This document shows positions 1-8,043 of a stretch of 24,000 nt of DNA, piece after piece; positions within the stretch are counted from its first letter, which is position 1; the number at the start of each line of letters is the position of its first letter. A program made the translations under genes and the position numbers. Origin of the DNA: Dehalococcoidia bacterium (lineage in GTDB: Bacteria; Chloroflexota; Dehalococcoidia; Lucifugimonadales; Lucifugimonadaceae); contig OZ242286.1 of NCBI GenBank assembly GCA_965207515.1, positions 1,681,877-1,705,876 of the forward strand. Direction: 5' to 3'. The notes beneath the pieces are model-generated. The model had not been told where the DNA came from. It made no database searches and saw only the letters and a program-made list of their open reading frames with translations.

Positions 1-16
1 CCCTTCGGATAAATTG

Positions 17-55
17 CCCCCTCTCTTTAAACTCGAGAGGGGGAATTTATTTTTT
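17..55 (+). terminator. Rho-independent terminator for a + strand gene ending just upstream of the window
   Basis: A perfect 9-bp stem, ccccctctc (17-25) pairing with gagaggggg (35-43), encloses a 9-nt loop and is followed by aatttatttttt. Frame 1 reads ccc ttc gga TAA (stop at 10-12), consistent with a + strand CDS ending 5 nt before the stem. Confidence 0.6.
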
Positions 56-264
56 GGTCATCGGTTTCCCGCGCGCCTCAGAACACTTCGAGGTCGCGAT
101 GAACCACCCAAACAAACCGAGGACAAAGTTTTAATCTCGCGCGTCGCTGATTCGCGTCCGCGATTGAGTTTCGAGACAGCTGAACCCCGGGTAAGCCCGG
201 TTCGTTCGGGCCTACCCGGAACCCGCACCAAAGCAGGTCAGTTAACGGGTACGATCCCGATCTA

Positions 265-756
265 CTAGCCGTCGTCGCCGTCGATCAAGTTCGCGTAAAC
301 GCCTTGGCCGACGATAACCACCCACGACACTCCGACTATCGCGAAGTATGTCGCGTGCCAGATCAATGGTGTCGGTCGGGACGCCGTAACGACGTTCTGG
401 AATGTGAACACCGCGAAAATGATCACACTCGCGAACAATCCGAACAGGATCCAAGGGCGGCGAGCAGCTGATCCGCTGCCCATGATGAACTGGATCAACG
501 CCCACAAGAAGATCAATCCGACGATCAGCTCCACTATTCCGGTGAAGTAGTAGGCGAATTCACCTAGGCCGGTGCCCCAGCCCATCTTGTCCAACGCGCC
601 GCCGAACGGGTTGCCCTTCTCCGCAAACTTCACGCCGATGTGCACGCCCGGTATCAGTTTCGCCAGCCCGTTCGCGATCCAGAACAAGAACCAAAAGATC
701 ACCGTGGCAAGTTCCAAGGAACCGAGCCTTACCATGTAATTCTTCAGACCATCCAT
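265..756 (-). CDS. Integral membrane protein of unknown family with about 4 predicted TM helices
   Basis: The ORF 265..774 contains several long hydrophobic segments. I place the start at the ATG at 756 (MDGLKNY...) because GGAGG (cctcc, 765-769) lies 8 nt upstream. The track start at 774 is a TTG with no SD. Confidence 0.6.
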   Translation of the reverse strand: MDGLKNYMVRLGSLELATVIFWFLFWIANGLAKLIPGVHIGVKFAEKGNPFGGALDKMGWGTGLGEFAYYFTGIVELIVGLIFLWALIQFIMGSGSAARRPWILFGLFASVIIFAVFTFQNVVTASRPTPLIWHATYFAIVGVSWVVIVGQGVYANLIDGDDG

Positions 757-956
757 ACGTACTGCCTCCGTCAATGGGCCCGACTAGGGATAAGGGTGTA
801 CGGGCAGTTTACCATTTCCCATTACGTGTGACGATTGCACATTGATTTTCTGTAGTAACTAAGTGAGCAAAAATTGCATGAAGAGCTGCAAGACCCTAAA
901 TGAGTCCGCGTTTCAATCGGCGAACTTATCGACCAACGGAGTCTGGAGCTCGCCTA

Positions 957-1781
957 TCAGATCGTTTTCCAGCCGCGTACGGTGACGCTCCTGACCGAGT
1001 CTTCCCATTCGGTCCCATCCGTCCGAGCGCGCATAGGCACATTCGCCAATATCTCAACCTCCACAAAACCCGAGCGTTCCATTCGACCCAAATACCGAGA
1101 GAGTAAGTCAGCGCCTCCCACGCAGGATACCCACTCCTCGGCAGAAGAACGCACATCGTCTGGCAACTCTTCGGTCGCTACCATGTCTGAGACTACAAAA
1201 CGACCACCCGGCCTCAACACCCGATAAATCTCATCGAACACACGGTCTTTGTCAGGTGACAACGCGATTACGCAATTGGATATCACCAGATCGACTGATG
1301 CGTCTTGTTGCGGAATCGCCTCGATCTTGCCAAGTTTGAACACGACGTTTTGCGCGTCGAGTTTCTTAGCATTCTCCCTCGCAAGATCAATCATCGCGTG
1401 GGTCATATCGATCCCGATAACATGTCCCGTCTCGCCCACACTTTCGGCGGCCAGAAAGCAGTCGATACCACCTCCGCTACCAAGATCCAGAACGGTTTCA
1501 CCTAGGTTTGCGTCCGACAATCCGATAGGATTTCCGCACCCGGCCGATGCCGCCATTGCTTCCGGCGTCAACGCTTCCAAATCGTCGGATTTGTAGAGCG
1601 CATCCGCAACCGTCGCCATCGACGCGTCGTCGCCGCAACAACTTGAACCGACTTCTTCGGCGCAACACGATGTAGCCGCGGCACCACGTTCCGCTACGCG
1701 CGTGTACCTGTCCCGTACCGCCTGCTCCACAGAACCTGCGTCAAACTCGTCGCAACTGAAAACATCAGGCAGCTTTTGCAA
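957..1781 (-). CDS. arsM: Arsenite S-adenosylmethyltransferase-like class I SAM methyltransferase
   Basis: The SAM motif VLDLGSGGGIDC is present. ArsM-type cysteines are present in the contexts GCGNP, ISNCVIAL and SCVGGA, with an N-terminal Cys-rich stretch (SCCAEEVGSSCCGDD). The start is a TTG at 1781 with GGAGG (cctcc, 1791-1795) 9 nt upstream. Confidence 0.7.
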   Translation of the reverse strand: MQKLPDVFSCDEFDAGSVEQAVRDRYTRVAERGAAATSCCAEEVGSSCCGDDASMATVADALYKSDDLEALTPEAMAASAGCGNPIGLSDANLGETVLDLGSGGGIDCFLAAESVGETGHVIGIDMTHAMIDLARENAKKLDAQNVVFKLGKIEAIPQQDASVDLVISNCVIALSPDKDRVFDEIYRVLRPGGRFVVSDMVATEELPDDVRSSAEEWVSCVGGADLLSRYLGRMERSGFVEVEILANVPMRARTDGTEWEDSVRSVTVRGWKTI

Positions 1782-1957
1782 TCCTAAAACCCTCCGAAAT
1801 TGTCGCCATTAATAACAATCTTATCCGCCCATTCATGCGCCAATCCAATGAATATCCTGGTCAATAGGTTCCACGAACCACAATTTCGTCCCTGTCTGCT
1901 ATAGCATTCACTCTCAGCGTCAACATAGGCGCTCATACTTTTACAGGAGATCAACTG

Positions 1958-2683
1958 ATGGGTAACGACACCCCATTGAAAGAACGCATCCGCCGAGGCG
2001 ACATTGTGATCGGTGTATCGGCGCCGATGAACGCGACGAAATCGCAGCTGGAAGACATCCTTGGCAAGGACGATTACGGATTCGTGATGACCGACAGCCA
2101 GCACAGTCCGTTTTCGGAGCACCTGATGGTAGATTTTTGCAACATGGCGGATGAGGTCGGTATCCCGGTCCACCTGCGCATTGATCATCCCAGGCACGCG
2201 TACCTGTTGGGGAACCTCGCCGATCTCGGACCCGCGATGTTGGAAATCCCGCTCGTCGAAGATCCCTCAACAGTTCGCGAAGCCATCGAATTTTTCTATT
2301 TCCCTCCTAAAGGACGGCGCAGCTTCGTAGGGGGCAACCGATGGGGCGCTGAGCTCGGAAACGACATGAATATGTACGCTGAGTGGTGGAACAGCAACGG
2401 CATCCTATGCATACAGATCGAGTCGCTCCGCGCCATCGAGAACATTCGAGCCCTATCACCGCCGGGTGTCGACATGTTCTCATGGGGACCGTCGGACCTT
2501 GAGTGGGACCGCAAAATGCACCCCCACCATCCCTTCAAAACCGACGACGACTGCATCAAGCACGTCATGGATCAAGTCAACGACCTTGATGTACGAATGA
2601 GCTACCGGTCCTACGATCCCAAGCTACGCAACAAATACCTCGACATGGGCGTAACCGTCCTCTTCGAACAGCCACAAACCTAA
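1958..2683 (+). CDS. HpcH/HpaI-family (class II, metal-dependent) aldolase-like protein, paralog 1
   Basis: Family-like landmarks are DSQHSP (compare DxEH), HLRI, LEIPLVE, YFPPKGRRS, the IQIES acidic metal ligand and WGPSDL. An AGGAGA SD lies just upstream of the ATG at 1958. Confidence 0.7.
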   Translation: MGNDTPLKERIRRGDIVIGVSAPMNATKSQLEDILGKDDYGFVMTDSQHSPFSEHLMVDFCNMADEVGIPVHLRIDHPRHAYLLGNLADLGPAMLEIPLVEDPSTVREAIEFFYFPPKGRRSFVGGNRWGAELGNDMNMYAEWWNSNGILCIQIESLRAIENIRALSPPGVDMFSWGPSDLEWDRKMHPHHPFKTDDDCIKHVMDQVNDLDVRMSYRSYDPKLRNKYLDMGVTVLFEQPQT

Positions 2684-2710
2684 CCCTTCGACACAAAGGA
2701 GAACCCGCAA

Positions 2711-3433
2711 ATGGGCAACGACGCAAACCTGAAAGAACGCATCCGCCGCGGCGACATCGTCATAGGAGTCGGCATACCGATCGGCTCTACGAAGTCCCAG
2801 TTCGAAGACATCCTAGGCAAAGACGATTACGGCTTTGCAACGTGCGACAGCCAGCACAGCCCCTTCTCGGAGCACATGCTGGTCGACCACTGCAACATAG
2901 CCGATGAGGTCGGAATACCGATCCACTTCCGCATCAAGCACACGCAGTTAGCCTTCCTAGTCGGCAACATCGCCGATCTCGGACCTGCATTCATCGAGAT
3001 TCCGCTCGTCGAAGAACAGGCGACAGTGCGAGAAGCCCTCGACTGGTTCTACTTCCCGCCCGAGGGGCGTCGGAGCTGGGTAGGCGGCTTCCGCTGGGGC
3101 GCCGAACTCGGGCACGACCGCCCCAGCTATGCGAAGTGGTGGAACGAAAACGGCGTCATTTGCCTGCAAGTCGAGTCGCTGCGCGCCATCGAGAACATCC
3201 GCACGCTCGCAATGCCGGGCGTCGATCTCTTCTCGTGGGGGCCGGCTGATTTGGAGTTCGACCGAGAGATGCACCCGCACCATCCTTTCAAGACCGACGA
3301 CGATTGCATCAAGCACGTCATGGATCAGGTCAACGATCTCGATGTCAGAATGAGCTACCGCTCCGGCGATCCCGCTCTGCGCAACAAATACATCGACCTC
3401 GGCGTGACCGTTCTAATGGAAGCAGCGCAATAG
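2711..3433 (+). CDS. HpcH/HpaI-family aldolase-like protein, paralog 2 (tandem duplicate)
   Basis: It is collinear with the upstream gene, about three quarters identical by eye, and carries the same motif set (DSQHSP, IEIPLVE, YFPPEGRRS, LQVES, WGPADL). An AAGGAGAA SD precedes the ATG. Confidence 0.7.
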   Translation: MGNDANLKERIRRGDIVIGVGIPIGSTKSQFEDILGKDDYGFATCDSQHSPFSEHMLVDHCNIADEVGIPIHFRIKHTQLAFLVGNIADLGPAFIEIPLVEEQATVREALDWFYFPPEGRRSWVGGFRWGAELGHDRPSYAKWWNENGVICLQVESLRAIENIRTLAMPGVDLFSWGPADLEFDREMHPHHPFKTDDDCIKHVMDQVNDLDVRMSYRSGDPALRNKYIDLGVTVLMEAAQ

Positions 3434-3440
3434 CACAAAC

Positions 3441-3468
3441 GTAGGGGCGGTTCGCGAACCGCCTCTAC
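3441..3468. repeat. 28-nt near-perfect palindrome bounded by GTAG...CTAC (REP-like or terminator-like hairpin) between convergent genes
   Basis: The sequence gtaggggcggttcgcgaaccgcctctac is self-complementary except for one G.T pair (3445/3464). It lies 8 nt after the aldolase-2 stop. No U-tract follows on either strand. Confidence 0.4.
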
Positions 3469-3585
3469 AACCGCAACCGGCGCAAAACCAAGCCCAACAA
3501 CCGCATCACCACGGTCATCACAATCTGAAAGACGACCGTGCGTAGTATCTGACGTACAAGCAGCCCAACCATGGCTGCCAATAGT

Positions 3586-3927
3586 CTAGCCTACTGAGGA
3601 ACCGGGGCCCCCTCCGGTCACGTGCGCATGCAAGTGAAACACTTCTTGCCCCGCGCCTCTGCCCTGGTTGAACTGCACCCGATAACCCGAAGCGGAAATA
3701 CCCGTCGCCTCCGCCACCTTTCCGACTCCCACTAATATACGGCCGAGCATCTCGACATGCGGTTCTCCGGCCTCGTGCAGGCGGTCGAAACACGTTTTCG
3801 GGACGACGAGGACGTGGATCCGTGCCTTCGGGTTGATGTCGTTGAACGCCAGAACGTGATCGTCTTCAAAGACTTTGGAGCACGGAATGTCTCCCGCGAT
3901 GATGCTGCAAAAAATGCAGTCGGCCAT
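3586..3927 (-). CDS. HIT (histidine triad) family nucleotide hydrolase, HinT-like
   Basis: The N-terminal CIFCSIIAG and the histidine triad HLHAHV are present. The length of 113 aa is typical for the family. Confidence 0.85.
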   Translation of the reverse strand: MADCIFCSIIAGDIPCSKVFEDDHVLAFNDINPKARIHVLVVPKTCFDRLHEAGEPHVEMLGRILVGVGKVAEATGISASGYRVQFNQGRGAGQEVFHLHAHVTGGGPGSSVG

Positions 3928-3950
3928 GTTTGAGCCCCTTAATGGCCGGC

Positions 3951-5075
3951 TCAGAGCGTGCGAGCTAGCTTTTCAATATGCGAATCTGAATCGCCGAAAT
4001 CGGCCCGCCACGAGAGTATGCGCCGGGTGTAGAGATGCAGATCGTGCTCCCAAGTGAAACCGATCGCCCCATGCGATTGGTGCGCCTTCCACACGATGTC
4101 GTTCATCAACGTGTTGGCAGTCCATTTGGCTTGAGACACGATCCGTGAAGCTGATCCTGCGTCGACGTCCGCGGTCAATGCCCAGGCGGCGCGGTCAGCT
4201 AGGTGTTTCGCTGATTTCACTTTCGTAGCCATATCCGCCATATAGTGTTGAATGACCTGGAACGCCCCGATAGGCCGACCGAACTGACGTCGCTCCTTCA
4301 CGTAAGCGATTGTCCGATCGGTGACAGCTGAACCGGCGCCAACCATTTGTACAGCTCGGGCCGCTGCGCCATATAAGGTCATCAGGTCCACGACATCCCG
4401 ACCTCTACCTGCCTCGCCGAGCATTGAAGCTTCGGGAACCACCACCTCGTTTAGGTCTATGTTGCACGCAGGAGCGCCCGATGCCATCTTGATGCGTTCA
4501 ACGTTTACCGTGCCTTCGGCGGACTTGATCGGCACCGCAAAAACCGTAACCCCGGCATCTGTCTGCGCCGGGATCAATACGAGATCGGCAGAGTTGCCGT
4601 AAGGAACGAACCGAGCGTTCCCACTAAGCACCCAACCGTTGGATGTTTCGGACGCGCGGACGTCCACCGAACTGAGATTCGAAGAGCCGTCCGAACCGCC
4701 GAGGGCGGGAACGGCGACGGATTCGCCGCTGGTGATCCCGGGTAACCATTCCAGTTTCTGCCCGTCGGTACCGAATTTCCCGATTGCGGATGCCGAAACT
4801 ACCGCTGATTCCACGAACGGGCCGGGCGCCAATGCGGCTCCCCATTCGGCAAGTAGCACTGCCATATCTGACATTGCCATGCCCGAACCGCCGTACTCCT
4901 CAGGTGTAATCAACCCGAGCCAACCCAACTCACCGACCTTACGCCAGAACTCGTTCGTGTAACCCTGCTCGTCCATCGCCATCGCTCGCACGAAGTCGGA
5001 AGGGGACTGATCTGACAAATACTCCGCAGCACTGCCGCGGATTAACTCTTGCGTTTCGTTAAGCCCGAAATCCAT
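3951..5075 (-). CDS. Acyl-CoA dehydrogenase family protein lacking both usual catalytic-Glu positions (candidate non-catalytic partner subunit)
   Basis: ACAD-fold landmarks are GWLGL..PEEYGG and GAIGFTWEHDLHLYTRR. The MCAD-type YEGT position reads FGDS, and the IVD-type helix-G position reads LMTLYGAA. Confidence 0.8.
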   Translation of the reverse strand: MDFGLNETQELIRGSAAEYLSDQSPSDFVRAMAMDEQGYTNEFWRKVGELGWLGLITPEEYGGSGMAMSDMAVLLAEWGAALAPGPFVESAVVSASAIGKFGTDGQKLEWLPGITSGESVAVPALGGSDGSSNLSSVDVRASETSNGWVLSGNARFVPYGNSADLVLIPAQTDAGVTVFAVPIKSAEGTVNVERIKMASGAPACNIDLNEVVVPEASMLGEAGRGRDVVDLMTLYGAAARAVQMVGAGSAVTDRTIAYVKERRQFGRPIGAFQVIQHYMADMATKVKSAKHLADRAAWALTADVDAGSASRIVSQAKWTANTLMNDIVWKAHQSHGAIGFTWEHDLHLYTRRILSWRADFGDSDSHIEKLARTL

Positions 5076-5137
5076 TGTTTAACGCTCTTGCCGTCACACC
5101 TCTGAACCCCGGCATGCGCCGGAATGACGGTTGCAAT

Positions 5138-6316
5138 TTAGCGCCGAGGCAGTTCCAAACCTCGATACGCAATGATGTTCTTTTGAATCTCGTTGGTGCC
5201 CGCCAAGATCGGCCCCGAAGTCTGATACATACGCATCTTGAATATGCGGCCGGCGAGATCTTCGTGCTCGTCGGGATCGTCGATTAAACCCGGCATGCCC
5301 AGCAGTTCGACCCCAAAGTCCAGCACAGCACAGTTGACCTCGGTCGCGGCGATCTTGCACATGCTGGCTTCGGTGGAAGGCGGATAACCCTGCGTTTGGA
5401 GCCACGCCACCTCGTAGGTGATGTAGCGCGCCATCTCGATTTCGGCCTCGAGTTCAGCCAAGCGGCGTCTAACATTCATGTCGTCGATGATCAGCGAACC
5501 ATCGAACCGCCGCGTGTTGGCGGCATAGTCTCTGATCTCTTCCCATGATCGGAGCGCCCAAGAGACGTAATCGATGTTGCCTCGTTCGAAGTTAAGCAAA
5601 TTCATCGCAACGTTCCAACCATCGTTGAGTTCGCCCACCATGTTTTCGATCGGCACGTGTACTTCGTCGAACATGATCTGGTTGAAGCTGTGGGCGCCCG
5701 CGATGTTGATGATCGGGTTCACCTGTACCCCCGACGATTTCATGTCGACCAGCAGGAAGGTGATCCCAGAGTGCCGTTCCGCTTCACGATCAGTGCGGAC
5801 GAGCATGAACATCATGTCGGCACGGTGCGCGAGTGATGTCCAAATCTTTGACCCGTTAATCACGAACTCGTCGCCACGAAGCTCCGCGAAGGTTTGCAAG
5901 GACGCCAAGTCAGAACCTGTGTCAGGTTCCGAATAGCCTTGGCACCATTGCAGTCCACCTTGGGCGATGTCGGGGAGATATTTTCGCTTCTGATCCTCGG
6001 AGCCGAAGTGCATTAAGGTCGGCCCCAACATACGGGTTCCAAAGCGGTCGTTTCCCGGTGCGCGACGGTAGGAGGTCTCCTCCGCAAAGATCAAACTGAT
6101 CATTGCGGAAGCTTCCTTACCGCCATACTCCTTCGGCCAGGTCATCGTGAGCCAACCGCGGTCCGCGAGCGCACGCCGCATTCGCTGGTATAACGCCCAA
6201 CCCTCTTCGGTCGACTCGTCGTTCGGACCTATCCAGCCGTCCGGGAGTTCATTGTCGAGAAACTGTCGCAGTTCCTCCCGGAATTCGAGTTCTTCGTCGT
6301 TGAATTCAAACCACAT
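5138..6316 (-). CDS. Acyl-CoA dehydrogenase family protein with an IVD/LCAD-type catalytic Glu candidate
   Basis: Landmarks are WPKEYGG, QWCQGYSEPDTGSD and INGSKIWTS. The C-terminal ILAGTNEIQ has Ala where MCAD has its catalytic Glu. LLNFERG supplies a Glu (E244) at the IVD-type position. Confidence 0.85.
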   Translation of the reverse strand: MWFEFNDEELEFREELRQFLDNELPDGWIGPNDESTEEGWALYQRMRRALADRGWLTMTWPKEYGGKEASAMISLIFAEETSYRRAPGNDRFGTRMLGPTLMHFGSEDQKRKYLPDIAQGGLQWCQGYSEPDTGSDLASLQTFAELRGDEFVINGSKIWTSLAHRADMMFMLVRTDREAERHSGITFLLVDMKSSGVQVNPIINIAGAHSFNQIMFDEVHVPIENMVGELNDGWNVAMNLLNFERGNIDYVSWALRSWEEIRDYAANTRRFDGSLIIDDMNVRRRLAELEAEIEMARYITYEVAWLQTQGYPPSTEASMCKIAATEVNCAVLDFGVELLGMPGLIDDPDEHEDLAGRIFKMRMYQTSGPILAGTNEIQKNIIAYRGLELPRR

Positions 6317-6327
6317 GAATACGTCTA

Positions 6328-6567
6328 CTAGTCGGCGGTCACGGCCAAACTGGTAATGGTTTTGACGATGCCTCCGACTTGGTGCATCTTGGTGCTCACG
6401 ATCCCGCCGATATCGACGAGGTTGTCGGCTTCAACGACCGCGATGATGTCGAACGGCCCTGTGACCATATCGACCGCCATCATTTGGTCGATCTTTTTCA
6501 GCTCCGCCGCGACGTTGGCGGTGCTGCCGACTGACGTCTCAATCAAGATGTATGCTCGGGTCTTCAT
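6328..6567 (-). CDS. Stand-alone Lrp/AsnC ligand-binding (RAM) domain protein with no HTH domain
   Basis: The 79-aa product has the pattern AYILIETSVG...VDMVTGPFDIIAVVEA...GIVKTITSLAV, typical of the AsnC_trans_reg domain. I prefer the ATG at 6567, with GGAG (6581-6584) upstream, over the TTG at 6591. Confidence 0.65.
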   Translation of the reverse strand: MKTRAYILIETSVGSTANVAAELKKIDQMMAVDMVTGPFDIIAVVEADNLVDIGGIVSTKMHQVGGIVKTITSLAVTAD

Positions 6568-6644
6568 ATCTTCTCGGTGTCTCCTATCCAAGATGCGATC
6601 AACTAAGCATATGCTAACGCGTCGTACCTCAAATAACGAGTTCG

Positions 6645-7973
6645 TTAAACCGTTGCGACCGCGTCAAAGGTGAGTGCTCGTTCCATTTCCGTCAAATCGT
6701 CGGCCGGCCCCACCACCGACATCGCGAGTTTGTCCGGGGTCAATACCTCCTCAGCCACCGATCTGACATCCGGCAGCACCACCGCGTCTAATTCTTTGAT
6801 CCTTGATTCGAGCGATTCGATCTCTCCTCGCAAGAGTTCCTGGGCCGCGAGATCATTGGCGACGGCCCGACTCTCCTCCATACCTAGGATCATTCGCCCT
6901 TTCGCCAACTCCCGCGCGTCGTGCAGTTCATCTTCCGTAATCCCCTCGCGAATTTTCGCCAACTCGTGGACGATCACATTCAACGCCTCGACGGAACGCG
7001 AGGAATCAACTCCAGTGTGGATGTCCAAGACACCGCAATCGGTCAGTGTGTGCATCGAACTGCCGATTCCGTAGGCCAATCCACGCTTTTCGCGGACCTC
7101 CTCAAACAGCCGACTGCTCATACTGCCGCCCAAAACGACGGTCATTATCCGTAGTGCAGCGCGTCTCGGGTCCTGCATGCCGACGCCTTTGAACGCCATG
7201 GCGATGTGAAGTTGTTCGAGATCCCGACGATTACCGGTTACGCTCGGACCCGATAGGTTGTCCTCGTACGGAAACATCGAACGCGGTTCTCCGTCTGGGA
7301 GGCCAGACAACAGGCCATCCAACTGCTCTACCACCTCATCGTGCTCCACATTACCCGCGACGGAAACAACGATGTTCCGGCCGACATATTGTTCGTGGTG
7401 GTAATCGATCATCACCGGCCGCGGGATCGCTTCAACGGTTTCGATCGAACCTGCGATGTCTCTGCCCAACGCCTGATCAGGCCACAATGCTGAATCCAAT
7501 AGCAACCCTGCCAGTGCACCGGGAGCATCCATCGTGGCCCTGATCTCTTCCAAGACGACGTGTTTTTCCTGAGCGATGTCGGCCTCTCTGAAGAGTGGCG
7601 ACTTGATGATGTCCGCAATCACCTCGACGCCGCGACGATAGTGAGGCAACGCCATACGGCACCAGTACCCTGTGCATTCGCGATCAGTAAACGCATTGAT
7701 AGTGCCTCCGACGCTTTCCACGACACCCGTGATATCTCGTGGGCGGGGCCGCGTCGGCGTTCCCTTGAACAGCATGTGCTCGAATAGGTGAGAAACCCCG
7801 GCCTCGTCTTCCGTCTCGTATCGGCTGCCCGCTCCCACCAAAAATACGATGCTAACCGCCTTCGTATGTGTCATACGGCTTGTTAAAACGCGTACGCCGT
7901 TCGCGAGGACCGAGCGTTCGTAGGAGGAATTTGTACCTGGTAGGATAGTGGCGGAATTCTGCGGCGACGGCAT
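6645..7973 (-). CDS. M16 (pitrilysin/insulinase) family zinc peptidase
   Basis: The inverted zinc motif HLFEHMLFKG (HxxEH) is present, along with the N-terminal LANGVRV strand and the two-domain length of 442 aa. The start is uncertain because no SD is visible. Confidence 0.85.
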   Translation of the reverse strand: MPSPQNSATILPGTNSSYERSVLANGVRVLTSRMTHTKAVSIVFLVGAGSRYETEDEAGVSHLFEHMLFKGTPTRPRPRDITGVVESVGGTINAFTDRECTGYWCRMALPHYRRGVEVIADIIKSPLFREADIAQEKHVVLEEIRATMDAPGALAGLLLDSALWPDQALGRDIAGSIETVEAIPRPVMIDYHHEQYVGRNIVVSVAGNVEHDEVVEQLDGLLSGLPDGEPRSMFPYEDNLSGPSVTGNRRDLEQLHIAMAFKGVGMQDPRRAALRIMTVVLGGSMSSRLFEEVREKRGLAYGIGSSMHTLTDCGVLDIHTGVDSSRSVEALNVIVHELAKIREGITEDELHDARELAKGRMILGMEESRAVANDLAAQELLRGEIESLESRIKELDAVVLPDVRSVAEEVLTPDKLAMSVVGPADDLTEMERALTFDAVATV

Positions 7974-8043
7974 GAACTTGATCGATCAAATTTAGGTCGG
8001 GTTCGAACTCAAGGGTAGCACCTGTCCAGATTGCGCTAGCGCG

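Noticed and set aside
14-268. 84-aa + strand ORF at the window start
   Set aside because: It runs straight through the terminator hairpin and T-tract at 17-55. It has Arg/Pro-rich low-complexity composition and no SD, so it is most likely non-coding.
7978-8042. Palindromes TTGATCGATCAA (7978-7989) and GCGCTAGCGC (8033-8042), plus a GGTTCGAA T-loop-like string, between the peptidase and sulfatase genes
   Set aside because: The palindromes are short and have no loops. The flanks of GGTTCGAA cannot form a T-stem or acceptor stem, so it is not a tRNA. They are indistinguishable from chance in a sequence of this GC content without comparative data.
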